Of a stretch of 64,000 nt of DNA, positions 11,205 to 21,758 are shown piece by piece (position 1 is the stretch's first letter; every line of letters begins with the position of its first letter). Where the stretch lies: contig JBHJGN010000011.1 of the NCBI GenBank assembly GCA_050331735.1, positions 224,001-288,000 on the forward strand. The letters are read 5' to 3'. This stretch comes from Cyanophyceae cyanobacterium. GTDB lineage: Bacteria > Cyanobacteriota > Cyanobacteriia > Cyanobacteriales > JBHJGN01. The notes under the pieces were generated by a model, which was not told the origin of the DNA, did no database searches, and was given only the letters and a program-made list of their open reading frames with translations. Made by a program: the position numbers and the translations under genes.

Positions 11205-12076
11205 AGATTTTACTGACGGGAATCAATGGTCAGCTTGGTAGAGAACTCCAGGCTACGCTACCGTCCGTCGGAGAAGTCATCGGTGTCGGGCGAACAGAGA
11301 TGGACTTAGCCCAACCAGAGAGCATTCTCCAGGTGATTAACGAGGTTAAGCCCGACTGGATTGTGAATCCAGCCGCCTATACTGCTGTAGATAAAGCCGA
11401 AACCGAAACCGAACAGGCAGTAGCTATTAACACGACGGCCCCGGCAACGATGGCACAAGTTGCACAGCGCCTCAACATTCCGCTGCTGCACGTTTCGACA
11501 GACTACGTGTTTAGCGGCGACAAAAATACTCCCTACACCGAAGACGACGTGCCAAGTCCCCTCGGCGTTTACGGCAGTTCTAAACTCGCCGGAGAGGAAA
11601 AAGTCAGACAAAACTGCGATCGCTCGATCGTCCTCAGAACTGCCTGGGTCTACAGTGCCTATGGAAAAGGCAATTTTGTCAAAACGATGCTGCGGCTAGG
11701 CGCACAGCGCGAGGAACTGCGGGTGGTGGCCGATCAGGTCGGCACTCCTACCTGGGCGCGAGATATTGCTGAGGCGATGACCGCCCTCATTACGAAAGAA
11801 CCACAGCCATCTGGGCAGATTTACCACTTTACCAACAGCGGCGTTGCTAGCTGGTACGATTTGGCCGTGGCGACCTTTGAAGAAGCGCAGGCGTTAGGCC
11901 ACCCGCTAGCCGTCAAACAGGTTGTCCCCATTACCACTCCTGAATATCCCACGACCGCCTCACGTCCCGCCTATTCAGTTCTGTCACAAAAAAAGCTCGC
12001 GGGTGTTCTAGGAACCTATGCCCCCCACTGGAGACAGTCGTTGCGAAAGATGCTGACTCAGTATCTACAACAATAA
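11201..12076 (+). CDS. rfbD: dTDP-4-dehydrorhamnose reductase
   Basis: GINGQLG, AAYTAVDKAE, STDYVF and YGSSK motifs. ATGA overlap with rfbC. Confidence 0.96.
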   Translation: MKILLTGINGQLGRELQATLPSVGEVIGVGRTEMDLAQPESILQVINEVKPDWIVNPAAYTAVDKAETETEQAVAINTTAPATMAQVAQRLNIPLLHVSTDYVFSGDKNTPYTEDDVPSPLGVYGSSKLAGEEKVRQNCDRSIVLRTAWVYSAYGKGNFVKTMLRLGAQREELRVVADQVGTPTWARDIAEAMTALITKEPQPSGQIYHFTNSGVASWYDLAVATFEEAQALGHPLAVKQVVPITTPEYPTTASRPAYSVLSQKKLAGVLGTYAPHWRQSLRKMLTQYLQQ

Positions 12077-12197
12077 ACAAACTAATTTGGTCACTGGTCA
12101 CTGCTCAGTAATAATAAGGTTGACGGATGAGAAATTATTTAGTAATTTCGCACCAGAAGAGCTATTATTCTCCTTCCCATTTCTTAGCAGCGATCTT

Positions 12198-13271
12198 ATG
12201 AAAGCACTTATTCTTTCGGGCGGTAAAGGAACGCGGCTTCGCCCGCTAACCTATACAGGCGCAAAGCAACTGGTTCCCGTCGCCAATAAACCGATTCTGT
12301 GGTACGGGATTGAAGCTATTGTTGCCGCCGGAATTACCGACATTGGCATTATTATTAGTCCAGAAACGGGAGAAGAAGTAGAAGCCAAAACAGGTAATGG
12401 CGATCGCTTTGGTGCCAATATTACCTACATCCTTCAGTCTGAACCTGCCGGACTGGCTCATGCGGTCAAGATCGCGCAGCCGTTTTTAGGGGATGCTCCT
12501 TTCGTGATGTATTTGGGTGATAACCTGATTCAAGACGATCTCAACGCTTTCCTGGCTGATTTTAAAGATAGAAGTTTAGACTCTTTGATTCTCCTGCGCT
12601 CTGTGCCTAATCCGACGGCGTTTGGCGTTGCTAGGGTAGACGGAAGCGGGCGGGTCTTGCAGCTTGTCGAAAAACCAAAAGTGCCGCCTTCTAACCTAGC
12701 GCTGGTCGGAATCTACTTTTTCGCTCCCGCCATTCACGAGGCGATCGCGCGAATTCAGCCATCTGCGCGGGGAGAACTGGAAATTACCGATGCGATTCAA
12801 GTCTTAATCGAGGGGCAAAAAGCGGTAGAAGCTCGTCAGCTACAAAGCTGGTGGCTCGATACCGGAAAGAAAGACGACCTGTTAGAGGCTAACCGCATTA
12901 TTCTCGATACTCGTTTAGAATTAGCTATTTTTGGTGAAATCGATGCTCCGAGTCAAATCATCGGGCGAGTGCAGATTGGTCAAGGCTCTAAAGTGATTAA
13001 CAGCACGATTCGCGGTCCCGTGACGATTGGCAACAACTGCTTCATCGAAAACTGCTTTATCGGACCCTACAGCAGCATCGCCGATGGAGTAACGTTAATC
13101 GATGCGGATCTCGAACACAGCGTGATCCTGCGGGAGGCCAAGGTGGCCGGCATCCACCAGCGAATTGTTGATAGCGTCATCGGACAGCGAGCCAAACTCA
13201 TTGTCGCTCCGCAGCGTCCGAAAGCGTTGCGCTTTATGATTGGAGATGATTCTCAAATTGAAATCGTTTAG
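12198..13271 (+). CDS. rfbA: glucose-1-phosphate thymidylyltransferase (long form)
   Basis: MKALILSGGKGTRLRPLT, SARGELEITDA and a C-terminal hexapeptide region. ATG at 12198. Confidence 0.95.
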   Translation: MKALILSGGKGTRLRPLTYTGAKQLVPVANKPILWYGIEAIVAAGITDIGIIISPETGEEVEAKTGNGDRFGANITYILQSEPAGLAHAVKIAQPFLGDAPFVMYLGDNLIQDDLNAFLADFKDRSLDSLILLRSVPNPTAFGVARVDGSGRVLQLVEKPKVPPSNLALVGIYFFAPAIHEAIARIQPSARGELEITDAIQVLIEGQKAVEARQLQSWWLDTGKKDDLLEANRIILDTRLELAIFGEIDAPSQIIGRVQIGQGSKVINSTIRGPVTIGNNCFIENCFIGPYSSIADGVTLIDADLEHSVILREAKVAGIHQRIVDSVIGQRAKLIVAPQRPKALRFMIGDDSQIEIV

Positions 13272-13287
13272 TTTGTGAGCGAGGACT

Positions 13288-14370
13288 TTGAATAACCAGA
13301 CCAACAGAAAACCGCGCCGCATCATCGTTACAGGCGGTGCTGGATTTATTGGCTCTAACTTTGTGCATCACTGGTGCCGACAGTATCCAGAAGACCGCGT
13401 GGTGGTTCTCGATGCCCTCACCTATGCCGGGAATCGGCAAAACTTAGCAGATGTCGAAGAAAAAATTCGCTTTGTTAAAGGGGATATTGGCGATCGCTCA
13501 CTGATCGATACGCTGCTGCGGGAAGAAAACATCAATATTGTTGCTCACTTTGCCGCCGAATCTCACGTCGATCGCTCGATCCTCGGTCCTGATGCTTTCA
13601 TTCAAACAAATGTGGTGGGGACGTTTACCTTACTAGAAAGCTTTCGTCAGTACTGGCTCGAACGGGGACAGGTGGCAGACTTTCTCTTTCACCACGTTTC
13701 CACCGATGAAGTTTACGGCAGCCTTGGTCCTGACGACCCACCGTTTAGCGAGACTACGCCCTATGCTCCCAACAGCCCCTACTCCGCCTCGAAAGCGGGG
13801 AGCGACCATTTAGTACGGGCCTACTACCATACTTACGGCTTACCGACGGTGGCGACCAACTGCTCAAATAACTACGGCCCCTACCACTTTCCCGAAAAGC
13901 TGATCCCGCTGATGTGCATTAATATTTTGCTCGGTAAGCCACTCCCCGTGTATGGGGATGGACAGAATATCCGGGATTGGCTCTACGTCGGCGACCACTG
14001 TTGCGCCTTGGACGTGGTAATCCACCAGGGTAAACCGGGAGAAACTTACAACATCGGCGGCAACAACGAGGTCAAAAATATTGATTTAGTCCATACTCTT
14101 TGCGAACTGATGAACGAGATGGCGGTCGATCTACCCGTTCGCCCCGCCCAAAAGCTAATTACCTTTGTTAAGGATCGACCCGGACACGATCGCCGCTACG
14201 CCATTGACGCTACTAAAATTAAAACCGAACTTGGCTGGACTCCGGCGCAAACCCTAGAAGGAGGACTGCGCTGTACCATTGACTGGTATCTTAAGCATCC
14301 AGACTGGTGGCAGCCATTGCTTTCACCCCAGTATCAGGACTACTATCGACAGGTTTACAGTGATAGTTAG
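13288..14370 (+). CDS. rfbB: dTDP-glucose 4,6-dehydratase
   Basis: [32 protein letters not shown] and DRPGHDRRY motifs. Confidence 0.96.
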   Translation: MNNQTNRKPRRIIVTGGAGFIGSNFVHHWCRQYPEDRVVVLDALTYAGNRQNLADVEEKIRFVKGDIGDRSLIDTLLREENINIVAHFAAESHVDRSILGPDAFIQTNVVGTFTLLESFRQYWLERGQVADFLFHHVSTDEVYGSLGPDDPPFSETTPYAPNSPYSASKAGSDHLVRAYYHTYGLPTVATNCSNNYGPYHFPEKLIPLMCINILLGKPLPVYGDGQNIRDWLYVGDHCCALDVVIHQGKPGETYNIGGNNEVKNIDLVHTLCELMNEMAVDLPVRPAQKLITFVKDRPGHDRRYAIDATKIKTELGWTPAQTLEGGLRCTIDWYLKHPDWWQPLLSPQYQDYYRQVYSDS

Positions 14371-14481
14371 AACAATTGGCATTCAATTGGGATCTTTAAC
14401 GCTTTGCTGGTTAGACGAACCTTTCCTGTTTTTTGTCCAGGAATTTCCGTTCAAGGTCAGAATAATTCTGTCGCAGCTAAT

Positions 14482-14512
14482 AAAAAATGCCTAGCAAGAG
14501 TCATACTAGGCA
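14482..14512 (-). terminator. intrinsic terminator (minus strand)
   Basis: TGCCTAG...CTAGGCA stem followed by TTTTTT on the minus strand. Confidence 0.65.
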
Positions 14513-14655
14513 AAACGAATGCAAACAAATTTGAGCAACTAGTTTTATATGAGGTCGCGAAACCTATATCTCTATAAAATCATTCCTAAGACAGATTGCA
14601 AAGACAAAAAGAGTAATCTTGACGAAAAAAACAAGAAACTCACCTTTTTTAAAGT

Positions 14656-16158
14656 TTAGGTAGGACTAACTCTGTTTTTACCTTTAATAAAACATTCAGG
14701 AGTCCAGCTACCGTGTAACCCGTAGGGAATATGGTGTTTTAGATGAGCGGTAGCGATTGGTCCCTGAGTTAAGTCTTGACCATCTAAAACGACGACATCG
14801 GAACGATGATGGCGGGCATCGTACACCACTGCTAACACCCATCCTTCGTCTTCGGTTTGGGCATCGGATTTCGGCACAAACACGGGTTCACTAATAAAGC
14901 CCGATGGAGCAAAAGACCAAAGCTGTCGCTGTTGCGTTTTATAGTCTAGCTTGAGGATGGCCTGAAGAGGCGCATTGCCAGTTGCTTGATGAGCCGCACC
15001 GATGAATAAATAGCGGTAGGGACGACCAATTTTATCAGGATGCACCGCCGGAAACTCGCAGCAGCGCTTCTCAATTGGGCGACTTTGGACCGTATTCCCT
15101 CCTAAATCAATAGTAAAGCGCCATACCTGTCCCGGGTCGAGGGCTTCAAAATTCACATCTTTGTAGTTTGAACCCGGCTCTACTTCTGGAAAAGACTGAT
15201 AGCAGATTGAATCAACGTTGAGCTTGTTTCCTTCTTCAAAAGCATTAACGTGGTGAAAAACAAATCCGGCTTGAGTCTCGAAGGTTTTCACCTCTTTGTA
15301 GGGAGGAGTCCGGGGAATGACGACGATGCGGGTAGGCTTTGAGGCATGAAATTTAATGCATTCCCCTGCCCCTCGAAGTCCAAACACAAAGGGCAGCGGA
15401 TTAAAGGTAACGGGATTTTGGAAGAAAACGCAGTAGTGAGGGGTAATGGCAAAGTCGTGTAAAAACGCAAAGCCAGGAATGCTGTGGGAATGCTGCCGCA
15501 GCAGTTCTCCTTGAGGATTAAATTCGTAGATGGTCAGAGTCGTAGAAAGACCGGGTCTGAGGGAGAAATTGACCAAGCACGGCTTTCCATTATCTAGCGC
15601 ACAGCTCGGATCGATCCAGGGATGAGCACCAAAAGAGCCGCCAGGAGCGATCGCTTCATCTAAGCGATCAATGCCAATTGTTTCTAAGGTGCGCGGATCG
15701 AGGCGATAGGGTTCTGCTGCTTCCCAGAGAGCCAGCAGTTTGTTCCCCCAGTAGATCACGCTGGTATTGGCAATATTCTTCAGCCGGAAATCAAAGGCGT
15801 TATTAAGCCACCCGCCCGGTTTTTGAGTGCCGAAAACTCCCCGATAGAGAATTTTCCCCGCCCGTTGTTCTTCTAGGTAGGCTTCTGTGCGCACAAAGCG
15901 ATTGCGAAAATGAACTCGCCCTCCCTGAAAAGAAATGGCGCTGACCATACCATCGCCGTCGAAAGGATGGTGAATTGGGGAATTACCAACGTCTAACAAA
16001 CCGGGACCGTTGCGAAAGAAGGTTCCCTGGAGTTCGGTGGGGATTTCTCCTTCGATATCCTCCACCCAGTAGTCATATTCGTGAGGTTGGGAGGCGTACC
16101 CCTGCTGCCACTCTTGGCGACTGTAGGATTTGGCTGTCTTCTCAATCAGATTCGGCAT
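14656..16158 (-). CDS. carotenoid oxygenase (apocarotenoid oxygenase family)
   Basis: RNGPG, HPFDGDGM and Fe-ligand His residues in AHP, HDF, FHH and LHG. Confidence 0.92.
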   Translation of the reverse strand: MPNLIEKTAKSYSRQEWQQGYASQPHEYDYWVEDIEGEIPTELQGTFFRNGPGLLDVGNSPIHHPFDGDGMVSAISFQGGRVHFRNRFVRTEAYLEEQRAGKILYRGVFGTQKPGGWLNNAFDFRLKNIANTSVIYWGNKLLALWEAAEPYRLDPRTLETIGIDRLDEAIAPGGSFGAHPWIDPSCALDNGKPCLVNFSLRPGLSTTLTIYEFNPQGELLRQHSHSIPGFAFLHDFAITPHYCVFFQNPVTFNPLPFVFGLRGAGECIKFHASKPTRIVVIPRTPPYKEVKTFETQAGFVFHHVNAFEEGNKLNVDSICYQSFPEVEPGSNYKDVNFEALDPGQVWRFTIDLGGNTVQSRPIEKRCCEFPAVHPDKIGRPYRYLFIGAAHQATGNAPLQAILKLDYKTQQRQLWSFAPSGFISEPVFVPKSDAQTEDEGWVLAVVYDARHHRSDVVVLDGQDLTQGPIATAHLKHHIPYGLHGSWTPECFIKGKNRVSPT

Positions 16159-16200
16159 GGGAATTAGGCAAGCTAAATGCGTTGAAGATATATTTGGTCG

Positions 16201-17667
16201 TTAGGTTTCTTCCTCTACGGTGCTACTGACCAATTCTGGAAGAAGCTCAGGCAGTGCGGCTTGTTCAGTTTGAGCACCGGGAGGATGGGTTTCAAAAATC
16301 CCGGCGGTCGGGTGAGCATGATGATCGCCGGCAGACATGACCTGTTTCTGGGGATCTCCTGCTGGCAGCCAGTTGAGGAGAGGCAACGGCAGCAGGGTGG
16401 AAAGATTGGTAATAACAACCAGCAGCCAGAGATGCTCAAAATTGGTTTCTGTGACTCCAAGCCAGTGAGTCAGCGCCGCCCCTAGTTCGTGAGACAGCAG
16501 CCCCGCCAGGTTCCAAATTGACATCAGCAGAGCAAATAGGGTGGCCTCAATTCCTTCTGGACACAGACGGGCTGCCAGCACCAGGACAGGCATAAAGGCA
16601 ATCTGTCCCATGACGGTAAGCACTAGGCTATCGCCAAGGCTGAACCAATGGTCGTCGATGCCGAGCGCTCGGTTAGCGTGAGTCACCAAAATTAAAGTAG
16701 TGAGGCCCAGTGCAGAGGAAATCACCGTACTCCAGCCGAGGATGACCCGAAAGGAAACCTGCTTGAGAAAGCGTTGATAGATCCAAATACCGACAATGGA
16801 AGCCAGACTAGTGACTAGACGCACTCGACCTAAAAATTCTGGTTCAAAGCCCAGTTCATTGGTCGTGAAGAAAAAGAAGGCGGAATCAGCACTGGGAGTT
16901 GCCTGCCACAGAAACACAAAAGCGGTGGGAAGCCAAATGGTTTTCTGCTTGATGGCCTGCCACAGTTGCCGCACCTGAGTCCTCACTTTTGGTGGGGCTG
17001 TTGAGTCTGAGTTGGCGGAGCGATCGCCAATTCTTGCTTCGGCAATTAGCCAAGCAACGGCAGAAACAATGAGAGGAAAGCTGGCAGTAATGCCGAAGAC
17101 GGTCTGGTTGCTGAAGTGCTGCAATAGCCAACCGCTGAGATAGGCCGTAATCACGCCACCAACGGCTGAAACGCCCCAGGTAAGCGACTGTAATGACCCG
17201 GCTTGGCTCAGAGATTCTTTTCTGGCTCGTTCTACCACCAGTGAATCAACGATCACGTCACTTAGGGCAACCGAAATCGACGTTACCAGGATGGCAGCGG
17301 TGGCTGCCCAAGCCGTGTCTACAACGGTGGCGAGGGCTACCCAGGATAGGCAGCCGAGGATTCCTGATAGGATCAGGTAGGGGCGGCGACGATAGCCCAG
17401 AATCGGCAAGCCATCCGACAAAAAGCCAAATACTGGTTTTACAACCCAGGGAAGCGCAGCGACTCCCATAAGCGCACCGACTTCCGCCGGGCTAAGCCCC
17501 AAATCGTCTTTGAGAAAAAAGCTAACGGCAAGCCGCGCTAAGCCGAGAACGCCTTGAACAAAATAAATGCAGAGAATGGCCAGTAATTCAGGGGTTGGCC
17601 GATTTCCCAAAAATACTTTCTCTTTGATTGATTCCTTGACGCTATCGATTTCAGCAGAGGCAATCAT
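16201..17667 (-). CDS. folate/biopterin (BT1) family MFS transporter
   Basis: YFVQG, PWVVKPVFGFLSDGLPILGYRRRPY and ARLCPEGIEATLFALLMS motifs. Confidence 0.92.
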   Translation of the reverse strand: MIASAEIDSVKESIKEKVFLGNRPTPELLAILCIYFVQGVLGLARLAVSFFLKDDLGLSPAEVGALMGVAALPWVVKPVFGFLSDGLPILGYRRRPYLILSGILGCLSWVALATVVDTAWAATAAILVTSISVALSDVIVDSLVVERARKESLSQAGSLQSLTWGVSAVGGVITAYLSGWLLQHFSNQTVFGITASFPLIVSAVAWLIAEARIGDRSANSDSTAPPKVRTQVRQLWQAIKQKTIWLPTAFVFLWQATPSADSAFFFFTTNELGFEPEFLGRVRLVTSLASIVGIWIYQRFLKQVSFRVILGWSTVISSALGLTTLILVTHANRALGIDDHWFSLGDSLVLTVMGQIAFMPVLVLAARLCPEGIEATLFALLMSIWNLAGLLSHELGAALTHWLGVTETNFEHLWLLVVITNLSTLLPLPLLNWLPAGDPQKQVMSAGDHHAHPTAGIFETHPPGAQTEQAALPELLPELVSSTVEEET

Positions 17668-17981
17668 GAATATTTTTTAACTTTTGTTGCTTTTTCTAGC
17701 ATACCTCCTTGAGCTAAGCAGGCGATCGCCCTTTAGTGGGATGTTCAAACAATTTTGAAGACAGAGCGCATAGAAGCATTAATCAGCTAAGCTGGCAATT
17801 TTCAAGTCTTTCTTTGAATAGTCGTCGATACAGAATTGTATAAATAAGTTTTAACTAACGTAAACAAGCATGTCATTCATGACAAAAATAAAACAATAAG
17901 TTGATAAAATTCTAGAAAAAGCAAGCATCTTCAAGCGACTTTTTTCAGTAATCACTTGTTAGTTAAAATTGGTATTAACTT

Positions 17982-18836
17982 ATGTTAAAGAAGATTTTGT
18001 ATGCAGAATCAGGGACTGGCAATACTCAAGAAATGCTGAAAGTTTTGATGGATCTTCCCGCCATCAAAAATGCTTCTTTAACAATTTTACATGCCGTACC
18101 GCCTCAGATTACCTCCGAAGCCGTTACGGAAAAGTGGGAAGCAGGAGGAACAATCGTAGCCAATACGATCAAAAGCTTGAACCTCGACCCCAGTAATATT
18201 TCGACCATTTTGCGTCAAGGCGAACCCAAAGACATCGTTTGCCAGGTTGCTGATGAAATTGACGCAGATTTAATTGTTATTGGGTCGCGGGGACTGAAAC
18301 GCTTAGAAGCAATTCTGCAAAATTCTGTGAGCCAGTACGTTTTTCAGCTTACTAACCACCCGATGTTGCTGGTTAAAGATGATATCTACGTCAAAAAAAT
18401 CAAGCGAATTATGGTTGCGCTCGATAAATCCGAGGCAGCACAGTCCTCTCTTGAGCTTGCGCTCTTTCTCCTCAAAGACTATCCCAACTGCGAACTGATT
18501 TTAGCGCGCATCAATCCCGACCTCGATCCTGATTTACTGCCTCTTTCTAAATCAGAGATGGAGGCTAACCCCGTTCTCGCTCCCGCTATTGCTCAAGTCA
18601 AACGATTTGGAATTCCTTACCGCTGCGTTGTAACGGGAGGGAAGCCAGGGGTGCAAATTTGCCAATTAGCCGAAGAGTATAACGTCGATCTGCTCATGCT
18701 GGGATCTCCAGACCGCCGTCCTTCCGTCGCCAAAAGCTTACCGGATCTCGATCGCCTGCTAGGAACTTCCTTGTCGGATTACGTTCGCGTTAATGCTAAC
18801 TGTCCAGTGCTGCTAACTCGCAATGACGCAACTTAG
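17982..18836 (+). CDS. universal stress protein (tandem USP domains)
   Basis: Two USP domains: ADLIVIGSRG...SVSQYV and DLLMLGS...LGTSLSDYV...CPVL. Confidence 0.9.
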   Translation: MLKKILYAESGTGNTQEMLKVLMDLPAIKNASLTILHAVPPQITSEAVTEKWEAGGTIVANTIKSLNLDPSNISTILRQGEPKDIVCQVADEIDADLIVIGSRGLKRLEAILQNSVSQYVFQLTNHPMLLVKDDIYVKKIKRIMVALDKSEAAQSSLELALFLLKDYPNCELILARINPDLDPDLLPLSKSEMEANPVLAPAIAQVKRFGIPYRCVVTGGKPGVQICQLAEEYNVDLLMLGSPDRRPSVAKSLPDLDRLLGTSLSDYVRVNANCPVLLTRNDAT

Positions 18837-18905
18837 CTTTTAACCACTCTTAGAAACAATCAACTTGGAGTCAGCACCGTCAGTCCAGTATTCCCGTTGC
18901 CACTG

Positions 18906-18938
18906 AAAAGGGAGCCAGAAACTTTTTTCCCTGGCTCC
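18906..18938 (-). terminator. probable terminator after psbM
   Basis: GGAGCCAG/CTGGCTCC stem followed by CTTTT on the minus strand, between convergent genes. Confidence 0.55.
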
Positions 18939-18961
18939 TAATATATCAAGATTTGACTCTA

Positions 18962-19069
18962 TTATTCGCTTTCTTTACTAGCTGTTTGAATATACAGAAT
19001 TAGCAAAAAAACAGTGGGAACTAGTACAAATAAAATACTAGCGATAAAACCCAAATCGTTAACTTGCAT
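18962..19069 (-). CDS. psbM: photosystem II reaction centre protein M
   Basis: Manual translation [35 protein letters not shown] with SD GGGAG. Too short for the ORF track. Confidence 0.97.
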   Translation of the reverse strand: MQVNDLGFIASILFVLVPTVFLLILYIQTASKESE

Positions 19070-19141
19070 TCGCTCCCTGCCTCTACATTAGCTCGATCTA
19101 CCAATAGGATATCATCAAGTCTGATGAAATAAACGATTTAA

Positions 19142-19438
19142 TTATGGTTTAGTTTTAACGCTAACAGGGCCCTGAACCAAAGTTTGGCAAGAAAGACGAT
19201 AGCTATCGGGTTTTTTCTTCAATTTCCGTTTTTCAACCTCTGTCTTCTCGGAAAGGTTCTCCATGCCTTCAACAATTTCGACGATACAGGTGCCGCATTG
19301 ACCGTATCCACCGCAGTTAAACAGCTTTCCCTTGAGTTTGTAGATATCAATATTGTTTTGCAGTGCTTTTTCTCGTAAATTAGCACCATCGGCAGCAACA
19401 ACTTCTTTTTCTTCTTTGATAAATTTAATGTTAGCCAT
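19142..19438 (-). CDS. 2Fe-2S ferredoxin-like protein
   Basis: [11 protein letters not shown]...RLSCQ cluster motif. Lies directly upstream of psbM. Confidence 0.92.
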   Translation of the reverse strand: MANIKFIKEEKEVVAADGANLREKALQNNIDIYKLKGKLFNCGGYGQCGTCIVEIVEGMENLSEKTEVEKRKLKKKPDSYRLSCQTLVQGPVSVKTKP

Positions 19439-19499
19439 GCGCCCTCTATTTAACCTCTTTCTTCAATATTAAGAAATGTATAAAAGATTTACCAACAAA

Positions 19500-19667
19500 G
19501 CGCCGTAGGCGCAGGGAAAAGGGGAGCGGGGAAGGGGAAAAGGGAAAATAAATGAGTTTGTTCTTTAACTCTAGGTTTTGTCCCTGTCCCAAGGGGACAG
19601 ATTTTCTTCCCCTTCCCCGTTCCGGAGGAACAGTTTTCCCTTTCCCCTTTCCCCGTCCCGGAGGGAC
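19500..19667. repeat. composite palindromic intergenic repeat, copy A
   Basis: GCGCC-GTA-GGCGC, GGGGAAA-like tract, core AATAAATGAGTTTGTTCTTTAACTCT, TTTCCCC tract, GTTCC-GGA-GGAAC, GTCCC-GGA-GGGAC. Confidence 0.85.
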
Positions 19668-19672
19668 TACCT

Positions 19673-21646
19673 TTAAGGAAGGTCGAATAGTAGATTGTCT
19701 GGAATGTTGCTGACGGCCCGCTGAAGTTGGCTGAAGGACTGATTATAGGTAATGATGGCATTCAAAAAATTTCCTCTAGCCGTGGTCAGTTCCGTTTGGG
19801 CATCGATGACATCGGTTTGAGTGCCCACTCCTGCTTGAAATCTGAGTCGCGCTAAGCGTAAACTCTCTTCAGCAAGTTCAACGGCTCGCTCAGAGGTTTC
19901 AATATTTCTCGCATTCGCTTGGAGGCTGAAGTAAGCGTCTTCTACTTCTAAACGCACTTCGTCCCGCTGATTAGCGAACGTTGCTTCATCAATTTCAACA
20001 TCTGTTTCTTCTTGATTAGCTCTGGCTCTAGCGGCTCCGCCATCAAAAAGTCGCCACTGTAAAGTTGCCCCCACAGAATAGCCATCCTCAAAACCCGTAT
20101 CGGCGTCGTCTAAGTCTTCAGCAACGTCATAGCTGGCAAATAAACTAACTTGCGGACGAATGGCGGACAGCGCAATTTCTCGCTCCTGGCGGTCAATTTC
20201 TCGCTGCACTAACGATTGCTCTAGCTCGGCGCGGTTCTGAAATGCTAACACAATGGTTTCTGGGAGGGTAAAGTTCCAGGTTCCAGCTTCTTCAATTTCG
20301 TCAGCAGTCGTCAGCTCAATATTAGGACCAACGCTGAGAGTTTCCGCTAGCTGTCGCCTAGCCGTGCGCTGGTCGGCTAGGGCCAACAGCAAATTTTGGT
20401 TGGCGTTAGCAAGTTCTACCTCAGCTCGCAAAACGTCAAAGCGGGTTCCGAGTCCTGCTTGCTCTAGCAGTTGAGCGTCTCGCAGCGTTTGGGTGGCATC
20501 ATCGACGGCAGCTTGCTCAATATTGACTTGAGCCTCAGTATTCTGAAGATTGTAGTATTCAGTAGCAACCTCCAGTCGGGTTTCTTCAGACAGCCTTTCG
20601 ACATCTAATTCGTTGAAGCGGACCTGTCGCTCAGCAGCTCGAATCTGAGCTGGACGCAGCCCTCCGGTATAAAGTTGGTAATTAAGGACTAAACTGCCCG
20701 TAATACTGTCTTGGGCCGTATCGATATCATCAGTATCTGTAATATCTCCAGCGCCGCTGGGAGCAGTTGGGGTCACAGGCCCATCATCGGTCGTTTCTCC
20801 ATCTGATTCGTCTGCATCTGGACCGGAATTGCCTCCATCTCCTCCATTGCCTCCTGTTCCTGGGCCGCCTGCTGTCTGAGGAGCGCGGAGCGTTGCCGCA
20901 GGGCCATCCGTGCCGGGAGTACCGCCGCCAATCGTGCCAGTATCAGTCCCGGGAGTGAAGCTATCGCCAAAAGTGATTCCGGACGTGTCTTGTTGTTCAA
21001 CGGATAGCTGACTTTGAGGCGAATCAGAGCGACTAATCGTAAAATCAAAATCAAGAGTGGGAAATAAAGCGGCTCTTGCTTCTCGTAGCTGTTCGCGAGC
21101 CTGCTGTAGCTGGAGTCTGGATATCTGTAGCTCTCGATTATTTTGTTGCGCTACTTCAACGGCTTGTTCTAAGGTAATTGGCTGTACCGTCTCAATGTCA
21201 ACTTCATCGGGGTCAGTGGGAAACAGCAGTGGATTGGCCCCAGAGTCGAGATCCGCAGCTCCCTCGCTAGGAGGCTCTGTCGGCTCTGGAGGGTCAAGCT
21301 CTTCTGGAGGTTCGGTTTGTGGAGAAATTGCCGGGTCTTCGACCTCTATTTCCTGAGCGATGTGCTGAATTTGCCGAAAATGGTGCTGAGAGCGATCGCG
21401 CCGGGGTTTCAGCCAACTCCTGGTGCTATTGCTAGCTGATGACCCTAATTGCGCTTGCCTTAACTGGTTCAGTAAGGAGGAAACCGCTGCTCGGTCGAGC
21501 GATTCTGTGTCTTGAAGACGGAAGTGAGCGCGTGACTTTGATGATAAGGCTTGTGCCGTCACCGGTGCCTCGCATCCGCAGGCAATTATGACTCCAGCAC
21601 TCACAGCGATGAAATGGCGAAATCCAAGCATCAGTTTTCGGTTCAT
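19673..21646 (-). CDS. TolC family outer membrane efflux protein
   Basis: ITLEQAVEVA, AGLGTRFDVLRAEVELANA and ARLRFQAGVGTQTDVIDAQ repeats of the OEP fold. Confidence 0.93.
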   Translation of the reverse strand: MNRKLMLGFRHFIAVSAGVIIACGCEAPVTAQALSSKSRAHFRLQDTESLDRAAVSSLLNQLRQAQLGSSASNSTRSWLKPRRDRSQHHFRQIQHIAQEIEVEDPAISPQTEPPEELDPPEPTEPPSEGAADLDSGANPLLFPTDPDEVDIETVQPITLEQAVEVAQQNNRELQISRLQLQQAREQLREARAALFPTLDFDFTISRSDSPQSQLSVEQQDTSGITFGDSFTPGTDTGTIGGGTPGTDGPAATLRAPQTAGGPGTGGNGGDGGNSGPDADESDGETTDDGPVTPTAPSGAGDITDTDDIDTAQDSITGSLVLNYQLYTGGLRPAQIRAAERQVRFNELDVERLSEETRLEVATEYYNLQNTEAQVNIEQAAVDDATQTLRDAQLLEQAGLGTRFDVLRAEVELANANQNLLLALADQRTARRQLAETLSVGPNIELTTADEIEEAGTWNFTLPETIVLAFQNRAELEQSLVQREIDRQEREIALSAIRPQVSLFASYDVAEDLDDADTGFEDGYSVGATLQWRLFDGGAARARANQEETDVEIDEATFANQRDEVRLEVEDAYFSLQANARNIETSERAVELAEESLRLARLRFQAGVGTQTDVIDAQTELTTARGNFLNAIITYNQSFSQLQRAVSNIPDNLLFDLP

Positions 21647-21758
21647 CTAGACGTATTACAAGGGTTTTCAGACGATAACAAAGCCAAGCGGTTAATACAA
21701 ATTCAATCTTGACATTGAGTGGTCACAAAATAAACCCTCTTTGCACTTTATTCGTTCT

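Noticed and set aside
19489..19761. ORFs with GTGKGE-like repeats (also 26202-26420 and 29744-30001)
   Set aside because: They are translations of the palindromic DNA repeats, not P-loop proteins
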